From positions 318-64,317 of the forward strand of contig CAYQJX010000010.1 of assembly GCA_964417965.1 (NCBI GenBank): a stretch of DNA of 64,000 nt, given 5' to 3'. Origin of the DNA: an uncultured Elusimicrobiaceae bacterium (GTDB lineage: Bacteria > Elusimicrobiota > Elusimicrobia > Elusimicrobiales > UBA9959). The notes beneath the pieces are model-generated. The model worked only from the letters and a program-made list of their open reading frames with translations. It was not told where the DNA came from and searched no databases. The position numbers and the translations under genes are program-made. Below, one piece after another: positions 55,147-64,000 of this stretch (positions are counted from its first letter, which is position 1; every line of letters starts with the position of its first letter).

Positions 55147-55941
55147 ATGAAAACTACACTCTTAACCCTATTCGCCCTGGCAGTCTCCCTGGCCGCGCCC
55201 GCGGCCGCGGAAACCCTGAGGATAATAAGCCCCTACATAGGCAGCGTCACCAACAAATACGCCAACACCGCCTATGGTCTGGACCTGGCCGATACGGCGC
55301 AGATGCGCGGCGTCTACGCCCAGTGGATAAATACCGAAAAATTCCAGGCTAACGCCTTCTACTACGGCGCCCCGGAAGTAAACTACAGCGAGGTTACCGG
55401 CCTGCACCTGAACCTGGACTTCTATTTCCGGCCTACCCGGGCCGGCAAATGGGTGGCCGGGGCCGGTCTGGAGAGCCTCAATATAGACATGTCCGCGGGC
55501 AACGCCATACCCGGACTGACCTCTTTCGACATGGACAATACCGTAACCTTCTGGTTCGCCAGGACCGGCCGGTATTTCTACTACAAGAACGGCCCGCTGG
55601 ACGCCTCCCTGCTGCCCTACGCCGGCTGGGCGCACGAGTCGGTCACCGGGGACATAGCGCTTAACCCGGCCGGCCCCGCCCCCCTGACCAGGGTGGATAT
55701 AGACGACAGTGACGACCACGCGCTGGCCGGCCTGAACCTGAACGCGACCCTCTGGCATTTCATAGACCTGCAGGGTAAATGGATGGGCCGGTTCAAGGAC
55801 GGCGACCGTCTGGACGAGTACTCCCTGATGGCCAACCTCTACCTCAACCGCCACTGGGGCCTGTCCTACCGCTACAAGTACATGGAGTACGGTTCCTCCT
55901 CCAACGGCTACCACCTGGGCGGGGTGGCCTATTGCTTCTAG
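55147..55941 (+). CDS. Putative outer-membrane beta-barrel protein
   Basis: Signal peptide, alternating aromatic beta strands and C-terminal Phe (GGVAYCF). Confidence 0.6.
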   Translation: MKTTLLTLFALAVSLAAPAAAETLRIISPYIGSVTNKYANTAYGLDLADTAQMRGVYAQWINTEKFQANAFYYGAPEVNYSEVTGLHLNLDFYFRPTRAGKWVAGAGLESLNIDMSAGNAIPGLTSFDMDNTVTFWFARTGRYFYYKNGPLDASLLPYAGWAHESVTGDIALNPAGPAPLTRVDIDDSDDHALAGLNLNATLWHFIDLQGKWMGRFKDGDRLDEYSLMANLYLNRHWGLSYRYKYMEYGSSSNGYHLGGVAYCF

Positions 55942-56022
55942 CCGGCAGTTTTATGCTAGTATCTAGGCATATAACCCTTTTACCACTATCTCGGTCTAAG
56001 GAACACTTAAGGAGAACTAAAC

Positions 56023-56268
56023 ATGGCAAACCCGAAATTCATGAAAGAAATGCAGCCTGACGCGGAACTCAGCGCCGTTATTGGAGCGGAGCCCGTTGCC
56101 CGCCCCACCGCGGTCAAGAAGATCTGGGACTACATTAAGAAGAACGGTCTCCAGGACAAGGTCAACAAGCGCAACATCAACGCCGATGACAAGCTCCTGA
56201 AGATGTTCGGCAAGCCCCAGATAACGATGTTCGAACTGGCCGGCATCCTCGGCAAGCACCTGAAGTAA
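56023..56268 (+). CDS. SWIB/MDM2-domain protein
   Basis: ELSAVIG...RPTAVKKIWDYIKKNGLQD..NKRNINADDKL...QITMFEL. Confidence 0.9.
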   Translation: MANPKFMKEMQPDAELSAVIGAEPVARPTAVKKIWDYIKKNGLQDKVNKRNINADDKLLKMFGKPQITMFELAGILGKHLK

Positions 56269-56285
56269 TCAGCCGTGCGGCGCAT

Positions 56286-56320
56286 AAAGGGCTTCCCGTT
56301 AACCCGGGAGGCCCTTTTTT
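56286..56320 (+). terminator. Intrinsic terminator
   Basis: AAAGGGCTTCCCG / CGGGAGGCCCTTTTTT. Confidence 0.75.
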
Positions 56321-56323
56321 GCC

Positions 56324-57397
56324 ATGTCTGAAGAGAACGAAGCCCCCAAACCCCATAAACGCCGCGTCCGCTACGCCGGCAAGCACCCCCGCAATTTCGA
56401 GCAGAAATACAAGGAACTGGACCCCGCAAAGTACGCGGACCAGATAGCCCATATCATAGCCAAGGGCCTCACCCCGGCCGGCACCCACCGCCCCATCTGC
56501 GTGGACGAGATCCTGGCTATCCTGGCCCCCAAGCCCGGCGAAGTCGCCTTCGACGCCACGCTGGGCTACGGCGGCCATACCCGCACGCTGCTGCCGCGGC
56601 TGCTGCCGGGCGGCCGCTTGTTCGCCGTGGACGTGGATACGGTGGAGCTGCCCAAGACGGAAGCCCGCCTGAGGGGAGAAGGTTTCGGCCCGGACGTGCT
56701 GGTTATAAGGAAGATGAACTACGCCGGCATAATGGGCTTGATCGGAGAGGCCGGCGGCGGTTTTGACTGCGTGCTGGCTGACCTGGGCGTGTCCTCCATG
56801 CAGCTCGACAACCCCGAAAGGGGCTTCACCTACAAGGCCGACGGCCCGCTGGACCTGCGGCTCAACCCCGAGCGCGGCAAACCGGCAGCCGAATTCCTGA
56901 AGACCGTGACGGCCGAAAAGCTGGCGGCCCTGCTGACAGAGAACGCCGACGAGCCGCACGCCGCAACCATCGCCCGCGCCATAAAGGAAAGTCCCGCGGC
57001 CATACTCACCACGGCGCAGCTCACCGAGGCCGTTACGGCCGGGATGAAGCGGACTGACCCCAAACTGGGCGAGGACATCATAAAGAAATCGCTGCAGCGC
57101 GTCTTCATGGCCCTGCGCATAGAGGTCAACGAGGAGTTCAGCGCCCTGGACCGCTTCCTGGCGGCCCTGCCCTGGTGCCTTAAACCTGGCGGCCGCGCGG
57201 CCATCCTCACCTTCCATTCCGGCGAGGACCGCCGCGTTAAGAAAGCTTTCGCCAGGGGAGAGGCCGACGGGACATATTCAAGCGTGTCGCCTACCCCGGC
57301 GCGCCCCTCCCCCGCCGAACGCCGCTCCAACCCCCGCTCTGCCTGCGCCAAGCTGCGCTGGGCCGTCCGCTCTGACGCCTTGCCGGGAGCCCTATGA
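56324..57397 (+). CDS. rsmH: RsmH/MraW-family methyltransferase with an N-terminal extension
   Basis: DATLGYGGH, ADLGVSSMQLD..ERGF, PLDLR, ALRIEVN.E, TFHSGEDRRVK, NPRSACAKLR. Confidence 0.8.
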   Translation: MSEENEAPKPHKRRVRYAGKHPRNFEQKYKELDPAKYADQIAHIIAKGLTPAGTHRPICVDEILAILAPKPGEVAFDATLGYGGHTRTLLPRLLPGGRLFAVDVDTVELPKTEARLRGEGFGPDVLVIRKMNYAGIMGLIGEAGGGFDCVLADLGVSSMQLDNPERGFTYKADGPLDLRLNPERGKPAAEFLKTVTAEKLAALLTENADEPHAATIARAIKESPAAILTTAQLTEAVTAGMKRTDPKLGEDIIKKSLQRVFMALRIEVNEEFSALDRFLAALPWCLKPGGRAAILTFHSGEDRRVKKAFARGEADGTYSSVSPTPARPSPAERRSNPRSACAKLRWAVRSDALPGAL

Positions 57398-58098
57398 AAA
57401 GACCCCTTCTCCTGGCCGCGCTGGCGGCCGTGCTGGTGGCCGGCATAGCCGGGCTAAGCCGCGGCACCTCCCTGCTGGAGACGGCGGCGAAAGAAGTGCT
57501 CAAACAGGACCCGAAAGGCCGGAAGATACTCAAAGATTTAGAGCGCTACCAGAAACTGGCGCATATCTTCAAAAAATACCACGACAGCCGGACGCTCGAC
57601 GACGCGGACCTGCTGGAAGTGCTGCGCGAAACCGGGGTTATAAAAGGCGCCGCGCCGGCTAAAGGCGCGAAACCAGCGAAGCCCCCGAAACCCTTCCCTA
57701 TACAACAATATTCAGGCAAGTACCGCTGGCCCATGGACGCCGGGGTGGTCAGTTCGGAATTCGGCCCCCGCTGGGGCAAGCAGCACCAGGGGCTGGATAT
57801 CGCAGCCGATATGGGCGTGCCGATAAGGGCCATCGCCCCCGGCGAGGTCATCTACTCCGGCAGCCATATCACCGGCTACGGCAACGTGATAATAATGCGC
57901 CACGACCAGGATACTACCACTACCTACGCCCACAACAAGGTCCTCAAGGCAAAGAAAGGCGACAAAATAAAAGCCGGGCAGATCATAGCCCTGCTCGGTT
58001 CCACAGGCCACTCCACCGGGCCTCACCTGCATTTCGAGTTCCGCACAGGCAACGCGCCGGTAAACCCGCGCGCCAAACTCCCTAAAAGCGTTTTTTAA
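57394..58098 (+). CDS. M23 family peptidase
   Basis: HQGLDIA, YGNVIIMRH, YAHN, STGPHLHFE; ATGA overlap with the rsmH-family gene. Confidence 0.9.
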   Translation: MKRPLLLAALAAVLVAGIAGLSRGTSLLETAAKEVLKQDPKGRKILKDLERYQKLAHIFKKYHDSRTLDDADLLEVLRETGVIKGAAPAKGAKPAKPPKPFPIQQYSGKYRWPMDAGVVSSEFGPRWGKQHQGLDIAADMGVPIRAIAPGEVIYSGSHITGYGNVIIMRHDQDTTTTYAHNKVLKAKKGDKIKAGQIIALLGSTGHSTGPHLHFEFRTGNAPVNPRAKLPKSVF

Positions 58099-58153
58099 CC
58101 CTCACAAACAAAAACCGCCGGGCGGCCGGCGGTGAGAGCTGTAAAGGCGCGGG

Positions 58154-59074
58154 TTATTTTATCTGCGCCGTCATCTTGTGCAGCGAGCCTGCCACGTTGG
58201 CGTAGCTGCCTTTGTAGTAGTGCCCCCATTTCAGGCAGACCAGGTTGTTCATCTCGGAAGCCGCGATCTCGTGGAAGAACATGGCCGTGGAGAAAGCCAG
58301 CAGCGGCAGGCTGGCGGCGCTTACTGCCGCGCCGGCCCCGTGCCAGGCCAGCCTTTCAAAAGCGAACTCCAGCACCTTCTCCGTGCCTATCATGCCGCCT
58401 TCCTTAACGGCGTGCCAGGCCAGGTGGTGGCCCACGGTAGAGGCCCCCTCTACGTGGCCCACATACACCTCTTTGACGTCCTGTTTAACCACTTTCGCGA
58501 ACTGTTCCAGCAGCGCGTCGGCCTCGGCCTGCCTGGCCTTGTCCTTTTCGAAGCTCTTATGGCAGCCGGCGGCGGCGCGCAGCGAGAAGTACACCGAACT
58601 CTGCAGGTCCCCGGCGCAGGAGCCCCTGCCCTCGGCGCAGTCGCGCTCTCCCATCTTCCCCAGCATCGCGCCGCAGGCCATCCAGTACATGGGGGTCACT
58701 TCCCCGTCCTCGGCCTGCTGTTTGCACATCTCCAGCACTGCGCCCACGCAGTTGAAGCCGCGGTTATTGCAGCGGCCGCCGCCTATGCCCTTGGCGAAAT
58801 CCCGCAGCCAGAGGTCTTTGCCGTTGCAGTCGTCCATGTGCTTGTCGCAGTAGGCGATCATCCCGCTAAGGTGGCGGATGACGGCCGGCTTCAGATCGTC
58901 CTTGGGCGGGGCCGCCGGGGTGGATTTCTCGTATACGGCCGTAGGCTGGATGTCGGCCGGCGCGCCGCGTCCTTCCTGCAGCGTGGCGCGCAGCGAAGCG
59001 CCGGCGGCGCTGAAGTCGTCGGCGTAGGCCGCGGGGGCGGCCAGCAGCAGGGCTAACAGGGCGGTCTTTAACAT
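58154..59074 (-). CDS. Secreted Cys-rich hypothetical protein
   Basis: Signal peptide, 10 Cys and a hydrophobic C-terminal helix. Confidence 0.65.
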   Translation of the reverse strand: MLKTALLALLLAAPAAYADDFSAAGASLRATLQEGRGAPADIQPTAVYEKSTPAAPPKDDLKPAVIRHLSGMIAYCDKHMDDCNGKDLWLRDFAKGIGGGRCNNRGFNCVGAVLEMCKQQAEDGEVTPMYWMACGAMLGKMGERDCAEGRGSCAGDLQSSVYFSLRAAAGCHKSFEKDKARQAEADALLEQFAKVVKQDVKEVYVGHVEGASTVGHHLAWHAVKEGGMIGTEKVLEFAFERLAWHGAGAAVSAASLPLLAFSTAMFFHEIAASEMNNLVCLKWGHYYKGSYANVAGSLHKMTAQIK

Positions 59075-59082
59075 ACCCTAAT

Positions 59083-59121
59083 AGTATAAGGGGCCGGCCT
59101 TGACATGTCAAGGCCGGCCCC
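59083..59121 (-). promoter_or_regulatory. Promoter embedded in a perfect 32-bp palindrome
   Basis: GGGGCCGGCCTTGACA|TGTCAAGGCCGGCCCC at 59090-59121; minus strand TTGACA-N17-TATACT. Confidence 0.7.
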
Positions 59122-59139
59122 TCATGGCGCGAACGCTGC

Positions 59140-61191
59140 CTACTTAAGCAGGCCGCTGTGCCTGAGCAGGGCTTTGGGACTGGGCGCCCTGCCGCGGAAC
59201 TTCTTGAACACCTCGGCCGGGTGCAGGCCGCCGCCGAGAGAAAGCACCGTATCGCGGAACCTGGCGCCGGTGACCGCCAGGGCCTCCTCGTCCTCCAGGC
59301 CGGCTTCCTCGAAAGCCTCGAAGGCGTCGGCGCTGAGCACCTCCGCCCACTTGTAGCTGTAGTAGCCGGCAGCGTAGCCGCCGGAGAACAGGTGAGTGAA
59401 GGAGTTCAGGAACCTGTCCTCCGCCAGCGGCGGGATCACGGCGGTGCGGGCTGCTACCTGCCGCTCTATGGCCTTCAGGTCGGGCTTGTCGGCGGTGTGC
59501 ATGGCCATGTCGGTCATGCCGAAGTTGAGCTGGCGCAGCATCATGATGCCGGCCATGAAAGTAGCGGAGGCCTTTATCTTCTCGAAGGTGGCCTCTGGCA
59601 GGGTCTCGCCGGTCTCATAATGCTTGGCCAGGCCGAGCAGCGTGGCCTTGTGATAGCACCAGTTCTCCATGAACTGGCTGGGCAGCTCCACGGCGTCCCA
59701 TTCCACGCCGCCTATGCCTGCCACGTCGGGGTAGCCCACGGTGGTCAGCATGTGCTGCAGGCCGTGGCCGAACTCGTGGAACATGGTGGTGACTTCCCTG
59801 AAGGTCATCAGCGACGGCTTGCCGCCCACCGGCGGGGTGAAGTTGCAGGTCAGCGTGGCCACCGGCAGCCGGTCATGCGCGGGGCCCACGCGCTTTACCA
59901 CGGCCACGTTCATCCAGGCCCCGCCGCGCTTGTTCTCGGGGCGGCTGTAGGCGTCGAGGTAGAAAGAGGCGATATGCTTGCCGGCCTTGTCGAAGATCTT
60001 GAAGAACCGGGTGTCCGGGTTCCACACGCGGGCCTCGCCGTCAGCGGCCTTAACGGTGACGCCGAAGATGCGGTTGACAAGCGCGAACATGCCGTCCAGC
60101 ACGCGCGGCAGCGAGAAGTAGGGTTTAAGCTCCTCCTCGGTATAGCCGAACTTCTTCTCCTCCAGGCGCTTGGCCCAGAAGTACAGGTCCCACTGCTCCA
60201 GCGGGCCGGCGTGGCCCGACGCGTTGGCCAGCGCGGTGACCTCCGCGAGTTCGGCCTTGGCCGGCCCGGCGGCGGCCGCCAGCAGCTCCTCGAACAGGGC
60301 CGCCACTTCGGCCGCGGAACCGGCCATCTTGCGGGCCAGCGACAGCTCGGCGTAATTTTTATAACCCAGCAGCAGCGCCTTCTCGCGGCGCAGCTCCAGG
60401 ATGCGGGCCATCAGCGGCGTGTTGTCGGTGTCGCCGGAAGAAGCGCGGGTGATGAAGGCGCGGTAGAGCCGCTCGCGCAGGGCGCGCGACCTGGCGAAGT
60501 CCCTGACGGCCAGGTACACCGGCATGTCCAGCGTCACCAGCCACGGGCCGTTGGCCGGGTCGGGCTTGGCCGGCGGGTTCTGCTTTGCGTAGGAATGCGC
60601 CAGCATCTCCTGCGCCGAGGCAGAGAGGCCGTCCACCTCGGCCTTGTCCTTGAGGACCAGCTTGAAGGCTTTGGTGGCGTCTATCACGTTATTGGTGAAC
60701 TTGGTGGCGAGCTGGGAAAGTTCCTCCTCCAGCTTGTTGAAGCGCTCCTTCTCCCCGCCCTTAAGGTCTATGCCGGAGAGCTTGGCCCCCAGCAGGCGGC
60801 CGTCTATGGCGCGGCGCTGCGCGCCGTCGAACCTGGCCCATTCGGAGCCGTTCTTCATCTCCAGCAGCTTGGCGTAGAGGGGAGCGGACTGCCCCATCTT
60901 CAGGTCCAGCGCCACCACCTTGGGCTGGGCGGCCTGGTAGGCGTCGCGCAGGGCCGGCTCGTTGCGCACTACGTTCAGGTGCCCCACCGGCAGCCAGATG
61001 CGCGCGGCCCAGTCTTCGGCGTCGTTTAGCGGCTCTATAACGGTGGCCCAGGAGGCGGGCCGGCTGTCGGCTTCCACTTCGGCCAGGGCTTTCTCGGTTA
61101 TCTCCACCAGTTTGTCCACGGCCTCGGCCACGTGTTCGGGTTTTATCTCGTCGTACCTGGCCAGGTCTTCGCCGCTAAGTAAGGGGTTCAT
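59140..61191 (-). CDS. prlC: Oligopeptidase A (M3A)
   Basis: KRGGAWM, FHEFGHGLQHML, WDAVELPSQFMENW, YAAGYYSYKWAEVL, FRGRAP. Confidence 0.9.
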   Translation of the reverse strand: MNPLLSGEDLARYDEIKPEHVAEAVDKLVEITEKALAEVEADSRPASWATVIEPLNDAEDWAARIWLPVGHLNVVRNEPALRDAYQAAQPKVVALDLKMGQSAPLYAKLLEMKNGSEWARFDGAQRRAIDGRLLGAKLSGIDLKGGEKERFNKLEEELSQLATKFTNNVIDATKAFKLVLKDKAEVDGLSASAQEMLAHSYAKQNPPAKPDPANGPWLVTLDMPVYLAVRDFARSRALRERLYRAFITRASSGDTDNTPLMARILELRREKALLLGYKNYAELSLARKMAGSAAEVAALFEELLAAAAGPAKAELAEVTALANASGHAGPLEQWDLYFWAKRLEEKKFGYTEEELKPYFSLPRVLDGMFALVNRIFGVTVKAADGEARVWNPDTRFFKIFDKAGKHIASFYLDAYSRPENKRGGAWMNVAVVKRVGPAHDRLPVATLTCNFTPPVGGKPSLMTFREVTTMFHEFGHGLQHMLTTVGYPDVAGIGGVEWDAVELPSQFMENWCYHKATLLGLAKHYETGETLPEATFEKIKASATFMAGIMMLRQLNFGMTDMAMHTADKPDLKAIERQVAARTAVIPPLAEDRFLNSFTHLFSGGYAAGYYSYKWAEVLSADAFEAFEEAGLEDEEALAVTGARFRDTVLSLGGGLHPAEVFKKFRGRAPSPKALLRHSGLLK

Positions 61192-61223
61192 GGGATCTCC
61201 TTGAAAGTAGTCTCTAAATTATA

Positions 61224-62375
61224 TCAAGCCGAAAGCAGTTTGGCCCGCTCGGACCAGATCTGTTCCATGGCGGCCCTGGCCGGCGGGCGCGGCGCGTCCA
61301 GGCCGCGGGCCACGGCGCCCAGCAGCTCTATCAGGCCGTGGTAATCCGCGGCGGAGATGAACTCCGGCGCCACGCGCGCCTTCTTCTTGCCGGCCAGTAC
61401 GGCGTCAGGGGCGGCCATGTTGTGGTAGTTGCCCAGCGGCAGGCACAGGCAGGAGGATTTTATGCCGTAGCTCGCAAAGCCGGTGGCTTCGCAGGCCCCG
61501 CCGGCCATCAGCTTGCGCTGGTAACGGAAAGCCGGGTTGGCTTTCTGATAGGCCGCGGCTATGGCCGAAATGGTATTGGTGAGCTCCGGGGTGAACACGC
61601 TCATTTTGTCCCCCACCCGCACTATGGGCCCCGCGCCTATGGGCGAGTCGTGCGGGAAACTGCGGGAACATTCCAGGCAGACCAGCCTGGCGCCCTTGGG
61701 AATGGAGCCGCCGCGGGCCGCGCCTATGGCCCCGACAAAACCCACTTCTTCGGCCCTGGTGAACAGCAGCGCCACATGCGCCGCCTTGTTGTCGCGGGAG
61801 ATTTTTTCGTAGGCCAGCAGGGCGGCGGCCAGGCAGGCCAGGTCGTCGCAGGCGTGCAGCCGCGCGAGGCCGCCAGAGACCGCGCCGGCGGGGAAGCGCC
61901 AGCGGCCTATGCAGCCGGGCGTCACGTACGGCGCTCCCTTGGCCAGCCGCACCGCCACCGTCTTAAAAGGTTTTGCCGCCGCGTCCAGCGACAGCACGGT
62001 GGCCGGGCAGGCGCGCTTTAGTTCTTTATCGTAGATCTCTATGGCCGCGCCCTTGAAATACCTGTCATGCACGCCGCCGCGGAACTCCAGGACGGCGCGG
62101 CGGCCTTCCACCGTTTTCACTATGAAAGCCGGGTGGTCCATGTGGGCCGTTATCAGCAGCGCCGGCAGCCGGCGGCAGGCTTTCTCGAAATCGGGGCGGG
62201 AGACCAGCAGGTTGCCGCAGGGGTCGCGCTTTATCACCAGCCGCGGCCTGGCGCCAACCCAGCGCCGCACAAAGTCCGCCACCGCCCCCTCGTGCCCGGC
62301 CGCGGTAGGCAGCGAGGCTATTTCCACCAGCAGGCGTTCGGCGGTCTTTTTAAGGGCAGCGGTATTTTTGGCCAT
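61224..62375 (-). CDS. M20/M42-like metallopeptidase
   Basis: TAHMDHP, ACDDLA, TRAEEVG, GGACEA, YHNM. Confidence 0.7.
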   Translation of the reverse strand: MAKNTAALKKTAERLLVEIASLPTAAGHEGAVADFVRRWVGARPRLVIKRDPCGNLLVSRPDFEKACRRLPALLITAHMDHPAFIVKTVEGRRAVLEFRGGVHDRYFKGAAIEIYDKELKRACPATVLSLDAAAKPFKTVAVRLAKGAPYVTPGCIGRWRFPAGAVSGGLARLHACDDLACLAAALLAYEKISRDNKAAHVALLFTRAEEVGFVGAIGAARGGSIPKGARLVCLECSRSFPHDSPIGAGPIVRVGDKMSVFTPELTNTISAIAAAYQKANPAFRYQRKLMAGGACEATGFASYGIKSSCLCLPLGNYHNMAAPDAVLAGKKKARVAPEFISAADYHGLIELLGAVARGLDAPRPPARAAMEQIWSERAKLLSA

Positions 62376-62396
62376 GGGGATATTTTATTAAATAAA

Positions 62397-62427
62397 AAAT
62401 GCGCCGGCTTTTAAGGCCGGCGCATTT
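62397..62427 (-). terminator. Intrinsic terminator
   Basis: AAATGCGCCGGC / GCCGGCGCATTT with a T tract on the minus strand. Confidence 0.75.
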
Positions 62428-62442
62428 CCAGTTCGTTAAGAC

Positions 62443-63615
62443 TTATATCTCCCTGGCGCCGAGGGCCTTCAGCAGGGCGGCGGCGGGCACCTTGGGGTAG
62501 GTCATGGTGATGCAGTGCACCGAACCCTGGCCCTGGTTGGAGAGGGCTTTGGAGTCGGCGCCGCTGGCCTTGAGGCCGAGGCTCTGGTACACGGCCAGCG
62601 CCTGGGCGTCGGTGGAGCGGCCGAACACGGGCACGATCACCTGGTCGTTCATGATGAGGGAATTCACGTAGGTCTCGTAAGGGCCGGAGGGCTTGGGCAG
62701 CATGTGCACGGTGAAGCCTTTGCCCTGCAGCACGTCCTTGTACTGGGGCAGGTCGGTGACCAGCACCTTCTCGGAGATGAAGCGCACGTGCTCGTCTATA
62801 TGGCCGATGCCGTCCACGAAGGGCAGGCGGATCATTTCGCTGCAGCCGTACTGGCCGGTGAAGACGCTGTCGGGGATCTGGGTGTGGGCGCCATGGTTGA
62901 CCATGATGCAGGCGCCGGCGTGGTTGGCCATGAAGTTGCCGCCCTCGTAGTAGTACTGGTGCTTCTCGAGGCCCGCGCCGAAGAGCTTGGCTATCTGCGC
63001 GTCGGGCTCGAAGCGGTGGCCGTACACGGCGTCAACGACTACCAGCTTGCCGGCCTTGTCTATGGCGGGCACCGGTATGCCGTCGCGGGCCCAGAAACCC
63101 TGGTAGGCGCCGGCGAGGGCTATAACTTTAATGCGGGAGCGGGGCACTACCTTCTCGTAGGCGCGCACGATGTTCTCTTTGGTGCCGGCGTCGTCGTAAT
63201 CGGTGAAGATCACCAGCGTGCCGTCGGCCGGCAGCTTGCTGGCCATCAGCAGCTTGGCCTGGCTGGAGTTGAAATTGAAATCGGCGCTCATGATGAGGTA
63301 GCCGGGAGCTTCGTAGTCGGCGAAGGGGCGGTACTTGCGCTCCACGCGCTCATCCTGCAGGACGATGCCTTTGTTGAAAGATTCCTGGAGGCCGGAGTTG
63401 TGCTCCCGCATGGCGCTCTGTTCGCCGGCGCTGAAGCCGTGGGCGGGCACCGCTTTAACGGGGAGCGCCTTCTCGCCCGAAGAAGGGGCGGGAACGGCCG
63501 GGGCCTGGGCGGCCTGGTCCACGCTGAGGCCGGCGCCGTCGAAAGGACCGGCCGCTTTAACGTTAACCGCCGCAAAGGCCGCGAACACAGCTATCAAAGG
63601 GAATATTCTTTTCAT
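62443..63615 (-). CDS. Secreted agmatine/peptidylarginine deiminase family protein
   Basis: Signal peptide; FWARD, EGGN, GHIDEH, YVNS and GSVHCIT catalytic motifs. Confidence 0.78.
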   Translation of the reverse strand: MKRIFPLIAVFAAFAAVNVKAAGPFDGAGLSVDQAAQAPAVPAPSSGEKALPVKAVPAHGFSAGEQSAMREHNSGLQESFNKGIVLQDERVERKYRPFADYEAPGYLIMSADFNFNSSQAKLLMASKLPADGTLVIFTDYDDAGTKENIVRAYEKVVPRSRIKVIALAGAYQGFWARDGIPVPAIDKAGKLVVVDAVYGHRFEPDAQIAKLFGAGLEKHQYYYEGGNFMANHAGACIMVNHGAHTQIPDSVFTGQYGCSEMIRLPFVDGIGHIDEHVRFISEKVLVTDLPQYKDVLQGKGFTVHMLPKPSGPYETYVNSLIMNDQVIVPVFGRSTDAQALAVYQSLGLKASGADSKALSNQGQGSVHCITMTYPKVPAAALLKALGAREI

Positions 63616-63725
63616 GTATATAGTCTACATACATAAAGGTTTCCCAGTATGAGGCAAAGGGCCCAGGCCCCCGTTGAAAGAGTACCCAGGCCCATCTAGG
63701 GCTATGGACTGCCTGGCGGCAGGCC

Positions 63726-64000
63726 TCAGGTAAGTTTGGTGATCAGCTCCCCGGAGGCAGGGAAATCCCGCAGCAGGGCGGCGCGCCCCCGCAGTTCAAA
63801 GTCGTCGAACTCGAAACCGGGGGCCACGGTGCAGCCCACGAAGGAGAATTTAGTGCCAGGCTCCGGGTAGGCGCCGAACCAGCAGCCGGCCGGCACCAGG
63901 AGCTGCTGCACCTGGCCGGCGGCGGGGTCCGGCCCCAGGGTTACCCGCGCCTCGCTGTTGTCCGGGAAGAGCTGCCCCACGGTCAACGGCCCGCCCAGGT
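63726..64000 (-). CDS. DUF985/cupin-family protein, 5'-truncated by the window edge
   Basis: QLLVPAGCWFGA...FSFVGCTVAPGFEFDDFEL; frame is open to the window end. Confidence 0.8.
   Translation of the reverse strand, partial: LGGPLTVGQLFPDNSEARVTLGPDPAAGQVQQLLVPAGCWFGAYPEPGTKFSFVGCTVAPGFEFDDFELRGRAALLRDFPASGELITKLT

Noticed and set aside
63620-63628. A third ATAGTCTAC as another damage promoter
   Set aside because: Only the TAGACT -10 element is present; the CCCGACA-N6-TGTCGGG palindrome is absent.

Overview
GC-rich bacterial chromosome segment from a diderm, probably anaerobic organism. The gene repertoire suggests Elusimicrobiota, but that is inference and needs a recA phylogeny. No rRNA, tRNA or CRISPR array was seen. 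The backbone carries ATP citrate lyase alpha (partial), a HigBA-like toxin-antitoxin pair, rpmB, two giant coiled-coil proteins, a homospermidine/putrescine cluster, xerD-recA with a divergent lexA-like gene, pbpC, an rsmH-family gene and many peptidases. The main discovery is the accessory region at about 5-30 kb. It holds three different radical-SAM peptide-modification (RiPP-like) clusters: (1) a Tat-signal precursor with four Y-x-N/D motifs plus two rSAM enzymes, a pseudo-rSAM and a GT9; (2) a 37-aa Cys peptide plus PqqD/RRE, rSAM-SPASM and two ABC exporters; (3) a 70-aa signal-peptide precursor plus a YydG/EpeE-like epimerase and a GNAT. Each cluster ends in a family-5 solute-binding protein plus hybrid histidine kinase module, or in a remnant of one. 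Next to them lie a short divergent sigma-54, an NtrC-type activator and a 60-aa stand-alone His-box protein. Sigma-54 promoters (TGGCAT-N5-[T/A]TG[C/T]T) precede precursors 1 and 2, a secreted protein and the sigma gene. A palindromic ATTYTCA-N2-TGARAAT site lies upstream of both precursor promoters and of the sigma/activator pair. Together this suggests an undescribed RiPP-based signalling phosphorelay. A second finding is an identically spaced CCCGACA-N6-TGTCGGG-N9-TAGACT promoter upstream of both recA and the TA operon, matching the PafBC/RecA-NDp geometry. All annotations were made by eye; no database searches were run.
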